Source of the DNA: Promethearchaeota archaeon
GTDB lineage: Archaea; Asgardarchaeota; Lokiarchaeia; Sigyniarchaeales; SOKP01
DNA: 64,000 nt
Assembly: GCA_048937405.1 (NCBI GenBank)
Contig: JBHLNF010000004.1
Span: 32,001 to 96,000 of the forward strand
Direction of reading: 5' to 3'
The first letter of the stretch is position 1; each line of letters opens with the position of its first letter. Under the pieces are notes generated by a model. It saw only the letters and a list, made by a program, of their open reading frames with translations, was not told the origin of the DNA and made no database searches. Positions 10,499-19,849 of the stretch are shown piece by piece. Position numbers and translations under genes: made by a program.

Positions 10499-13153
10499 AT
10501 GATATCAGACTCGTTTGAAAAATTAAGACCTTCGAGAATTAAGCAAGAATTAATTCCTTTAATTATTATTTCAGTTATTACAATTTCATCCTTTTCCTAT
10601 TTTGCATATCAAGATAATATAGGCTCAATAAGTTATTCTCCAGAAGTACCAATAATTAATATTGAAATAGCAAGTGAAATAACCAATTTTTCTCAACAAT
10701 GTTTTTTAAAAATTTCTCCCATTTCAAGAGAATATGTAGGAGCTCCTTGGGCAAATCATTTTCTAGCTGCCAATATTAGAAAAAGAAATTCTGATGGTGG
10801 ATTTTCTTTTGAGTTATCTCAAAATGAAAATCTCTTTCAAATTCGTAATGATGATGATTGGATTCTTTTACCACCTGGAAAAAATCTTGATGCTCTTAGA
10901 ACAAAGATGGCATTTGATGTTTATAATATGATAATAGATGACAATTCAAATTTTAGACTCCCGCATTCTAAATTAGTTGAGGTATATATGAATGATGATT
11001 ATCAAGGTTTATATTTGCTTTCTGAAAGAATCGATCGAAAAATGATGAATTTAGAACAAGAAAATATTCAAAATCCTGAAGAAAATGATTTAATTTTTCA
11101 TTCGACTAATTGGGAAGGAGATTTTTACACGTATCCAAATAATATTGATTCACCATGGGAACAACTGTATCCAAATTTAATCGATTGCTCTAATATACTC
11201 AAAAGTCTTACAGAATTCATTCTTAATGCTTCAGAAATAGACTTTTTCGATGAGAAGAAGGGCATCTTTACCATCTTGAATAAGGATTCATTAATAGATA
11301 ATCTTTTATTTGGCTTACTTGTAGGACATGAAATTATTGAGGGTTCTTCATATTATTTAGTTTTAAACCAAGAATCTGAATCAGGCTTTTTTTTTCTACC
11401 TTGGAATTTTGCACAAAGTTGGGGGTATAGTGAATATGGTACGATTCCTATTGAACTGTGGTTAAATAAAGATGAAAATATTATCGATTTTGTTGTATGG
11501 AGTAAATTATATTATCGGTTGCTTTTTCCTGAAAATTCTTCTAAAAATAATGAGTTTATAAAAGAGATTATTAATAGATGGACTTATATTAGTACTAATT
11601 TTTGGAATAATAATAACTTAGCGTCATATTTTAATGAACTTTATATCCCTATTAAAAACACACTTATACGAAACACGAAGAATGAAGATTTCTTTGATAG
11701 ACTGGTTGAAACCATTGAAAATTGGATAAGAACTCGATGTGATTTACTTAATAATATTATAATCGCGCAAAAAAACGTTTTCTATAATAATTTTATTTCC
11801 CCTTATCAAGAGGATGACGCAATATTTGGATTCTCTAGTCCTACTGCAAGAAGATACTATTACAAATCATCATCACTATTTTCGACCCAAAAAATTCATG
11901 AAGTTAGTATAGTAATTCAGAGAGATTACTTTTATGATATGATGGAACGAAAACATGATAATAATAAATGGTCAGACCAATTATATATGCCTTCTGATGT
12001 TTCAATTGATAATTATTCAATGGATAATACAGGATTTCGAATTCGTGGTAATTTTAATAGGAGATTTCCTAAAGATTCTTTTAAATTAAAATTTAGTGAA
12101 ACAGAATTGTATATAGGAGATGGTTTATATAAATATGTTCCTGAAAATGAAAATCGACGATTTCTTGGATTAAAACGTTTAAATTTAAGAGCAGCTCCAT
12201 TAGATTTCTCACTAATGAATGAAGTTGCTGGTTATGAAGTTTTTACAATTCTTGGAATTCCTTGTACAAGATTAAGTTGGGCTAAACTTTATATTACTGA
12301 AACAAATGAAGAAGGAAAAATTATTAATCAAAAGGAATATAAAGGATTATATTTACTTACAGAAGACATTGATAAAACATTTCTTCGCTATAATTTTAAA
12401 AATCCAGAAGCAAATCTCTATAAGATTAATGCTGGTGTAGCTACTCTTGAATACATCTCAAATTTAAAAAATTATTTAACTGAAGACGGCCATAGAATTT
12501 ACGAACTTAGGACTAACCAAGATATAGATGATTATTCTGATTTGGAAAAATTTATACAATATATTAATTATAACTGGAGCAATATTCATGAAGTTGTAAA
12601 TTTAACCCTGCTTGCAAAATATTTTGCCGTAAGTGTATTTATAGGTAATTGGGATGATTATATTTTTATCCCTCATAACTATTGGATGTATTCTGATCCT
12701 AATTTTGGTTTTGTGCTTTTACCATGGGATATTGAACATAGCTTTAATAGTGGTAGTAATCAATCAATAATTGAGTGGGGAGCTCCTGATTATCGGAATG
12801 CTCCCTTGCTTTCAGGATATAAAGGATGGTATGATGAGGCTAGTTTACAATTTGGAATTAACCCTGTTACAAGGCCTCTTTGGGACAATTTAATTAATGA
12901 TACTGATTTTGTAGAAGAATATCTAAATGAACATGAGAAAATTGTAAACAATTCGGCTTCATTAATAGTACAACTTGAACAATTGTTTGATCTTATCCAG
13001 TCAACAGTTATCACTTCATTTAATTTTACGGATCCATATCCTACTATGGAGTATCTGCATCAAATCACCTATAACATATTTTTCAATGAAAAGTACCGAG
13101 TTCTAACCTTTATAGAGGAGCGAGCGCAATATGTTAGAGAGCAATTACTTTAA
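10499..13153 (+). CDS. membrane-anchored/secreted protein with two CotH kinase-family domains
   Basis: N-terminal TM/signal; domain 1 GLYLLSERID...LPWNFAQSWG; domain 2 IRGN...KDSFKLKF, GLYLLTEDID, GNWDDY...HNY, LPWDIEHSF. Confidence 0.85.
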   Translation: MISDSFEKLRPSRIKQELIPLIIISVITISSFSYFAYQDNIGSISYSPEVPIINIEIASEITNFSQQCFLKISPISREYVGAPWANHFLAANIRKRNSDGGFSFELSQNENLFQIRNDDDWILLPPGKNLDALRTKMAFDVYNMIIDDNSNFRLPHSKLVEVYMNDDYQGLYLLSERIDRKMMNLEQENIQNPEENDLIFHSTNWEGDFYTYPNNIDSPWEQLYPNLIDCSNILKSLTEFILNASEIDFFDEKKGIFTILNKDSLIDNLLFGLLVGHEIIEGSSYYLVLNQESESGFFFLPWNFAQSWGYSEYGTIPIELWLNKDENIIDFVVWSKLYYRLLFPENSSKNNEFIKEIINRWTYISTNFWNNNNLASYFNELYIPIKNTLIRNTKNEDFFDRLVETIENWIRTRCDLLNNIIIAQKNVFYNNFISPYQEDDAIFGFSSPTARRYYYKSSSLFSTQKIHEVSIVIQRDYFYDMMERKHDNNKWSDQLYMPSDVSIDNYSMDNTGFRIRGNFNRRFPKDSFKLKFSETELYIGDGLYKYVPENENRRFLGLKRLNLRAAPLDFSLMNEVAGYEVFTILGIPCTRLSWAKLYITETNEEGKIINQKEYKGLYLLTEDIDKTFLRYNFKNPEANLYKINAGVATLEYISNLKNYLTEDGHRIYELRTNQDIDDYSDLEKFIQYINYNWSNIHEVVNLTLLAKYFAVSVFIGNWDDYIFIPHNYWMYSDPNFGFVLLPWDIEHSFNSGSNQSIIEWGAPDYRNAPLLSGYKGWYDEASLQFGINPVTRPLWDNLINDTDFVEEYLNEHEKIVNNSASLIVQLEQLFDLIQSTVITSFNFTDPYPTMEYLHQITYNIFFNEKYRVLTFIEERAQYVREQLL

Positions 13154-13188
13154 GATATATATGAAACAAATAAAAGTGGTGTAATAAA

Positions 13189-13944
13189 ATCATTAGTTAT
13201 CAGAAATATCAGAAGTATTTCAACCGATTTGAGATAAAATATCAAATCTCATTAAAAGAAAGAGATAATTTACTTAGGTATATTCAACCATTTATAAGAT
13301 TGGATCCTTATGTTCAAAATAGTTATGATTATGAGGTAAGGAGCTTATATTTTGATTCTAATTTCCAACACTCATTTCTCGAGAAAGAAAATGGAATTGG
13401 TATTCGGAAAAAATTAAGGATAAGATTTTATCCAAATTTTACTAGAGATCATCAAGACTTTGCTTTTATTGAAATCAAGAAAAAATTTAATGAGAATGTT
13501 GCAAAGAGGAGGATTTATGTACCTCTTGAAAATGCCTTAAATATTTTAAATAGTAATCATAAAGTAGCCAAAAGTTTCTATGAAAACGCATCAACACAAG
13601 ATAAAGGCACTTTGAAAGAAATCTGGTTTCTTTATAAAAAATACAACTTAAAACCAGTTTGTATTGTTTCTTATAAAAGACAGGCTTATCAATCAAGGTT
13701 TGAAAAAACTTTTAGGATTACACTTGATACAAATGTAAAGGTGCGGAATCATAATCTTAATCTTAAGATTGGTGGTGGTTCGAAATTTATTGTTCCACAA
13801 AGGATTTGTATAATGGAAGTTAAATTTAATAATTTCATTCCAAATTGGGCTATAAAAATTATCCAAAAAAACGATTGTATACAATATAAAATCTCGAAAT
13901 TTGCAACTGGAATAGAAAAAACCAAAAATTTTGCTTTAGTCTAA
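13189..13944 (+). CDS. VTC-domain (polyphosphate polymerase-like, CYTH/TTM tunnel) protein; start extended upstream of the track's 13300
   Basis: In-frame upstream RFEIKY (13225-13242), then VRSLYFD, RKKLRIRFY, FIEIKKK, YKRQAY, RITLD, MEVKF, ISKF. Confidence 0.85.
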   Translation: MISYQKYQKYFNRFEIKYQISLKERDNLLRYIQPFIRLDPYVQNSYDYEVRSLYFDSNFQHSFLEKENGIGIRKKLRIRFYPNFTRDHQDFAFIEIKKKFNENVAKRRIYVPLENALNILNSNHKVAKSFYENASTQDKGTLKEIWFLYKKYNLKPVCIVSYKRQAYQSRFEKTFRITLDTNVKVRNHNLNLKIGGGSKFIVPQRICIMEVKFNNFIPNWAIKIIQKNDCIQYKISKFATGIEKTKNFALV

Positions 13945-14027
13945 TATTTCTATTCTGTTTTATGATATGTTTATGCTAATTAGATTTATTCTATTATATA
14001 AAATTTATTTTATGAAGTAAATTATTT

Positions 14028-14795
14028 ATGCATATGTGGTTAGATGATTTTATCATAAAATTTATTGAAGATTCATTTTTCACTTTAGGTACCAATATTT
14101 CACCAATAGAAGTATCCGATGTAATTATTGTTTTCTTTTGGAGTATTGTTCTATCAATCCTAATTGGAATTACCTATCGGGGAACACATCGAAGTATTTC
14201 CTATTCACAAAATTTTACTCAAACTTTGATATTATTAGGGATGATTGTGGGGATGATTATGATAATTATTGGAACAGATATTGCTCGGGCTTTTACATTA
14301 GTAGGTGCCCTTTCAATTGTTAGATTTAGAAATGCTCTAAAAGAAACCAGAGATGTTGGTTTTATCTTTTTTGTAATGGCTGTAGGAATGGCTTGTGGTA
14401 CACGATTTTATTTAGTAGGAATTATGCTTACTACTGTGGGTTGTAGCCTTATGTATTTCATGACATATACTAAATTTGGGCAAAAAAGCTTAGCGCAAGA
14501 CATTCTAGAACTTGATTTTCCTGTTTCTAAAGATTATGCTCAAATTTTGAGTCCAATTTTTGTAAGATATTTGAAATATTTTACGATCCTTGGAATCGAT
14601 TCGATAGATAAGGAGACAAATCGCATTAGTTTTATTGTTACTTTTAAACAAAAGTCAAAAATGTTCTCTTTCACAAAGAAGAGTGAATTTTCAAAAGGAC
14701 TAGACTCAAAAGCGGGTTTATTATCAGAAGTTCAGAAAATATCTTATATTACAAATATAAAAGTGATTGATGGAAGCAATTCAGTTGAGATTTAG
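14028..14795 (+). CDS. DUF4956 membrane protein (MgtC-like TM region plus ACT-like C-terminus)
   Basis: ARAFTLVGALSIVRFRNALKETRDVGFIF...GMACG signature; usual neighbour of VTC genes. Confidence 0.85.
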   Translation: MHMWLDDFIIKFIEDSFFTLGTNISPIEVSDVIIVFFWSIVLSILIGITYRGTHRSISYSQNFTQTLILLGMIVGMIMIIIGTDIARAFTLVGALSIVRFRNALKETRDVGFIFFVMAVGMACGTRFYLVGIMLTTVGCSLMYFMTYTKFGQKSLAQDILELDFPVSKDYAQILSPIFVRYLKYFTILGIDSIDKETNRISFIVTFKQKSKMFSFTKKSEFSKGLDSKAGLLSEVQKISYITNIKVIDGSNSVEI

Positions 14796-14829
14796 AAAAC
14801 AATTTTAATGATTTATCAGTTAAAAAAAA

Positions 14830-15207
14830 TTATTCATTTTCCCTATATTTTTTTATAGCAACGTGCAAAGCATCTGCTGCAAGATTAGAACAATGCAATT
14901 TAATAGGGGGAAGACCATCCAGTGCATCAGCAACATCATCTCGAGTAATTTTAATAGCATCATCTAAAGTTTTTCCTTTGGCTATCTCAGTAATCATTGA
15001 TGATGAGGCAATGGCTGCAGCGCACCCAAATGTCTGAAAAGATATATCATCAATTATTTCTTGTCCATTTATCTCTTTTACTTTTATGTATATATACATT
15101 AAATCACCACATGTAGGATTACCATATTCGCCTACTGCATCAGCATCTTTCATTTCACCCATATTTCGGGGATTTCTGAAGTGATCCATTACTTTTTCAG
15201 AGTATAT
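14830..15207 (-). CDS. iscU: Fe-S scaffold IscU/NifU (MisU-type); probable ATA start
   Basis: GNPTCGD, FGCAAA and LHCSNLA Cys motifs; upstream in-frame YSEKV before MDHF; AGGTGA RBS at 15214-15219. Confidence 0.92.
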   Translation of the reverse strand: MYSEKVMDHFRNPRNMGEMKDADAVGEYGNPTCGDLMYIYIKVKEINGQEIIDDISFQTFGCAAAIASSSMITEIAKGKTLDDAIKITRDDVADALDGLPPIKLHCSNLAADALHVAIKKYRENE

Positions 15208-15298
15208 GTCTAATCACCTTATTATATTTGTAATTCGATGAAGAATAAGAATTTATTATGTTAAAGATTTTTGGTTAGTTTTCTATAAATGATCATAT

Positions 15299-17593
15299 TT
15301 AATTTAATATTATGAGTTTCCTCTTTATAGGTAATGTAACTTTCTCCACACCTAATTCTTTCACATATTCTACAACTTCTGTTAATTTTTTAGCAGATTG
15401 ATGGAAAAAACAGACTTCTTTTGGCTCCAAATTTTTTATCATTTCTCTCAGTTGATTTTTATCCGCATGCAATTTTATTTTAATATGTGGAGCAAAAGTA
15501 TTAAGTAAAAATGCTCGAAATGGCATTTTCCATGTTTCAGAGAACTCTATTTCATCTACTCCTTCAATTAATTCTGCACCAGGAGATTCATGAATTGACC
15601 CTGCTAAAAATACAAAATTATGCGGATTTCGTCCTACAACATTAATAATTTTTCTTATTAATCCATAAGAAAGATCAGGAGGATGTGAAATTATTATGTT
15701 ATTTTTCTTGCGTAAAAAATCTAAATTAGTATGATCAAACCATCGAAATTTTATGCTATTGAAAGGATTTGCCTTATCTCGAATTAGTCTTGAAATTGGT
15801 CCATAAATATACTCATAGCGATGGTTGATAACTTGAATGTTTTTTCTCACCATCATATCTACATAGATATTTGGACGTTTCTTGTAATCACGCCGTAATT
15901 GAAGCTTTCTAAAATATCTCCAAAAAATTAACATGAAACTAATAGCTAAACTTGATGGATCTGCCCCAATTAACGAGTTGTCTCCGTATTCTGCTTTTTG
16001 TTCTAAAAATAAAACTAAACTATGAAATTGATCAGATAGATTTCCATAATCATCTTGAGCAGCAGTACCATCAATTAGTAAATAGTCTATAGGACGAGAT
16101 ATTTGTTCTAGAAAACGTTTTGTGCCAGCGAATGGAGTAATATCAATATATGTATAATCTCCTGTATACAAAAATCTAAAATCATTTACTTTTGCCAACA
16201 TCATCAAAGCACCTGGCATATGACCTGCATGAAAAAAGGAAAGAAAACAATTTGAATCTTTAAATTCGATTTTAGTACCATTTTCAACATAAATTACATT
16301 TCTGACTATATTTCGGTAATCTTCTTCCTCAATTTCGTCATAAGTATCTTGTTTTAAGAAGTTAGAATCCCTAAGGAGATATAAGTCTAATGTTATTCTA
16401 GAAGTTAAGATAGGAACTTCTGGATATAATTTAATTAATTCCTTCAACCCAGAAACATGATCATAATGACTATGTGATATAAAAATGGCATCAATTTTAG
16501 GATCTTGTGAAATGCTTTTTAATAGAATCTCTTTTTGATTATTTGTTGCAATATCCCTCCTAATTTTTTCTTGTTCTAAGAGATTTCTGGGTAAATTCTG
16601 AAGATAATCTTCAATATACCTAATATCACCTTCAATTTCATTTTCTTCATCTTTTTCTGAAAGACCACAATCCAGCAAAAAATTGAGGTTTCCCAATCCC
16701 AAAATATGGCAATTATGGTTTGGCTTTAGGACTATGGGGTAAATTGTTACTCTAATTTCTTTAATGTTTTTAGAATCATTTGTAAGAGAAATATTAGAAA
16801 AGTAGTTAGTATTAAACCTCTTTTCGATTTTATCAATCGCGATACATAATTCACTTTTTCCAACTGGAACTCCAGTAATATAAAAATACCATCCATAAAT
16901 TTTAACCAAATTCTCCAAATTTTCATACATCTCATCACCTACTAAAGATTTAATGACAATGACTTTTTCTTTATGATAGAAAATTATTTTTCTAATACTT
17001 TTTTTTTCCTCAATTGGAACTAGTTCATCTTTAAAAAAGAAACTATTGAGAACCTCTTTAATAGGCATTTGAGGCAATTCTTTTGATTTAATTATTTTTA
17101 GATATTGATTATACTCTTTTGTTCTATATAGGGCCCTCATATTTTCCTTTTGTTTCAATGGAATAACCATATCTTCAAAATGAAAGTTTTCTACATTTAT
17201 TGTGATTTCTTCTTTTCTTTCCTCTTTTTTCTTTGCTTTTGTCTTTTTTGGTCCTTTTCTTGGTTTTTCTAAGAAAAAGAACCATCCATAATCTCTTATT
17301 AGCTTGTCTCGATTTATGATAACCTCTTTACCATGGGTAGTAATTAAAATTATGATTCTATCCTTTTGACAATAAATAATTTTAAAAATTGAATTCTTAG
17401 TTTTATCTGAAATATTATTATTTTTATAAAAAAAATGATATATAGCTTCTTTAAAATCCTTTTGAGGAATTTTCCTTTCTTCTAATAATTTTAAATTACT
17501 TTGATAAGATTTAATTTTATACGAAGAATCTAATTCTTCTTTTCTTTCAATAGTTATATTTTTATCTGAAAATTTAAATTCCTCAATTATCAT
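15299..17593 (-). CDS. metallo-beta-lactamase/beta-CASP ribonuclease with two N-terminal KH-like repeats
   Basis: LLDCG, HSHYDH, AGHMPG, YTGD, LHAD and FFH motifs. Confidence 0.85.
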   Translation of the reverse strand: MIIEEFKFSDKNITIERKEELDSSYKIKSYQSNLKLLEERKIPQKDFKEAIYHFFYKNNNISDKTKNSIFKIIYCQKDRIIILITTHGKEVIINRDKLIRDYGWFFFLEKPRKGPKKTKAKKKEERKEEITINVENFHFEDMVIPLKQKENMRALYRTKEYNQYLKIIKSKELPQMPIKEVLNSFFFKDELVPIEEKKSIRKIIFYHKEKVIVIKSLVGDEMYENLENLVKIYGWYFYITGVPVGKSELCIAIDKIEKRFNTNYFSNISLTNDSKNIKEIRVTIYPIVLKPNHNCHILGLGNLNFLLDCGLSEKDEENEIEGDIRYIEDYLQNLPRNLLEQEKIRRDIATNNQKEILLKSISQDPKIDAIFISHSHYDHVSGLKELIKLYPEVPILTSRITLDLYLLRDSNFLKQDTYDEIEEEDYRNIVRNVIYVENGTKIEFKDSNCFLSFFHAGHMPGALMMLAKVNDFRFLYTGDYTYIDITPFAGTKRFLEQISRPIDYLLIDGTAAQDDYGNLSDQFHSLVLFLEQKAEYGDNSLIGADPSSLAISFMLIFWRYFRKLQLRRDYKKRPNIYVDMMVRKNIQVINHRYEYIYGPISRLIRDKANPFNSIKFRWFDHTNLDFLRKKNNIIISHPPDLSYGLIRKIINVVGRNPHNFVFLAGSIHESPGAELIEGVDEIEFSETWKMPFRAFLLNTFAPHIKIKLHADKNQLREMIKNLEPKEVCFFHQSAKKLTEVVEYVKELGVEKVTLPIKRKLIILN

Positions 17594-17857
17594 TTATTTA
17601 ATGATATTCATCAAGTAAAAAAATCATTTCGCTTTTTTTTTTTAATCAGAAAGATTCTAATTCATAAAGAAAATGAAGTAGAGCTTTAATTATTCTCTTA
17701 AATGGTTCAAAAAATATTTTAGAAAGAATTACATAATTTTTTCTTAAATTTCTCTTCAAATTTATATAAAAACCTTTTTTCTTGTATAACAAAATTATAA
17801 AAACATCTTCCTTCTAATAGAATAAACACTACGTTAAACTAATATTAATTAAATTTT

Positions 17858-18445
17858 CTAACTTTTTTTTCTAAATAGTAATTCCCATCTCGTTTTTGAA
17901 CGTGTTGGAAAATTACCACCACGCACAGATTTTACCTGTTCTACTGAAATAAATGCTTTAGGATTATTAGATCTTATTATTTCTAGAATTTTTGGTAAAT
18001 CTTTACGCTTTATTATCAATATAACCAATCTTACTATTCCTTGATGTCCTTCAGCGGATAGAGTGGTAAGACTATATCCATTATCTTTTAATAAATTAAT
18101 TAATTTTTCAGGATTCTCACGAATGATTAATTGCAAACTTAATAATCCTAAAGATATTTTATTTTCAACTAATAATCCTATATAATTGCCTGTTGCGAAT
18201 CCTCCAGCATATGCAAAATAATAAATTATATTAGTTAAATTACTAAAAATTTGTCCAACAGCTAATAACCAAATAAAAATTTCAAAAAAACCTACAATTG
18301 GTGCTAATTTTTGCCTGCCTTGAGAAATAAAAACAATTCTCAATGTTCCAAGTGTTACATCTAAAACTCGGGCAATAAATATTAATAATGGTAAAAGAAT
18401 GAGAGAAAAGAATGGGTTTTGCAATAATGCATTAAATAAAGTCAT
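17858..18445 (-). CDS. UPF0316 / DUF2179 membrane protein
   Basis: IFIARVLDVTLGTLR, GFFE and YAGGFATGNYIG motifs. Confidence 0.85.
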   Translation of the reverse strand: MTLFNALLQNPFFSLILLPLLIFIARVLDVTLGTLRIVFISQGRQKLAPIVGFFEIFIWLLAVGQIFSNLTNIIYYFAYAGGFATGNYIGLLVENKISLGLLSLQLIIRENPEKLINLLKDNGYSLTTLSAEGHQGIVRLVILIIKRKDLPKILEIIRSNNPKAFISVEQVKSVRGGNFPTRSKTRWELLFRKKS

Positions 18446-18557
18446 TTTTATCTTAAAAGCCCTAAATTATTTTTAATTTTTATACAACTAAAAAATACTT
18501 TTCATTTTTATCAAAAAAAGCTGATATTTTTTATCATATAAATTATTTTGTCTAAAT

Positions 18558-19475
18558 TTAAATCACTAAAGTTATCTTTTTTTTCATTTCTTTTACTCGA
18601 GTTCTTAAAGTAACTTCTGTTATTTTTGCAGTTTTGGCAATTTGACTTTGAGTCTTCTTTTGATTTGACTCTTTTGTAGCCAAGTAAAGTGCAGAAGCAG
18701 CAAATCCTTTTGGATCTTTACCTATTAGTGAAAGTCCTTTCTTTGTGGATATTGCTACCATATTTAGAGCAAGTTTTTGAACGTCCATAGATAGATTTAG
18801 ATCAGATCCAAATTTAAAAATTAGCTGTTTAACATTAATTGGCTTATAACTTAAATTTAATTCAGGCAAAACTTCCCTAAGTAGTAATGCTAAAGAATGT
18901 ATAATTAATCTCCGAGAGATCATAGCCGTATCGCTAATTTCTTCAAGTAATTTTGGAAATTCATGTATTCTAATAGCAACATATAAAGAAGCAGTTATAA
19001 ATCCCTCTATTGATCGTCCCATTGTTAACTTTTTTTTTGCTGCTAAAGCATAGACCTTCCATGCTGTTTCCTGTATGTGATCTGGAAGATTTAATTTCAA
19101 AGAAAGTTGTTTTATTTTTGGTTTAGCTTCCCAGAAATTTCTTTCTATACCTGAAATTAAAGAATTTTGAATTTTTGATAATCTTGAAAATAAAGTTTTC
19201 TTTTCTGCTGACAAATAATGCCCTTTATAATCAATTTTACTATCAGAAAGCATGGTTCTTGAGCCGAATTCTCTCCATCTCGGTTCTGTTTGTTTTCTTT
19301 CCTTAACTTCCTCACTACTATATGCTCTTCTTTCTTGATCTACTAAATAAACATCTAACACCATTCCACAATTTATGCAAACTTTATTACCTGCCTTAAA
19401 ATCAATACAAGGTTTTTCACAACAGTTTTCTTCAATTTGTTCTTCTTTTTTCAAATATTTATCATTATTATTCAA
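18558..19475 (-). CDS. tfb: transcription initiation factor IIB paralog
   Basis: N-terminal Zn ribbon (CC...VCINCG); two cyclin repeats with GRSIE and GKDPKG; TEVTLRTR. Confidence 0.92.
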   Translation of the reverse strand: MNNNDKYLKKEEQIEENCCEKPCIDFKAGNKVCINCGMVLDVYLVDQERRAYSSEEVKERKQTEPRWREFGSRTMLSDSKIDYKGHYLSAEKKTLFSRLSKIQNSLISGIERNFWEAKPKIKQLSLKLNLPDHIQETAWKVYALAAKKKLTMGRSIEGFITASLYVAIRIHEFPKLLEEISDTAMISRRLIIHSLALLLREVLPELNLSYKPINVKQLIFKFGSDLNLSMDVQKLALNMVAISTKKGLSLIGKDPKGFAASALYLATKESNQKKTQSQIAKTAKITEVTLRTRVKEMKKKITLVI

Positions 19476-19849
19476 TTAAATAATCACTTTCTAAGGAATT
19501 TAATTACAAAAAAATAAATTCTTATCTTGAGTTCTGTATATAGAAAGTCCTCTTAATAAACTTATCTATTATGAACATTTCAAAGAAATAGTAAAACAAA
19601 TATTAAAACCATTTAATTTATCCTCTTTCAAATATATCTAATAACCTAAGTTTTTACTATAGTTTTTCGTATTAAGTCAAATTAATTAATCAAAGACTAT
19701 ATTTTGAGAATATATCAATAATTTCTGTTAAAAAATTCTACTCCTTTAGTAATTTCAATAGAGTTATTTATATTAATTAAAAAATATAAATTATCATAAA
19801 AAAAATCATAAACAAACTTAAGATTCCTCAAGAATCTTTCAAACATATA

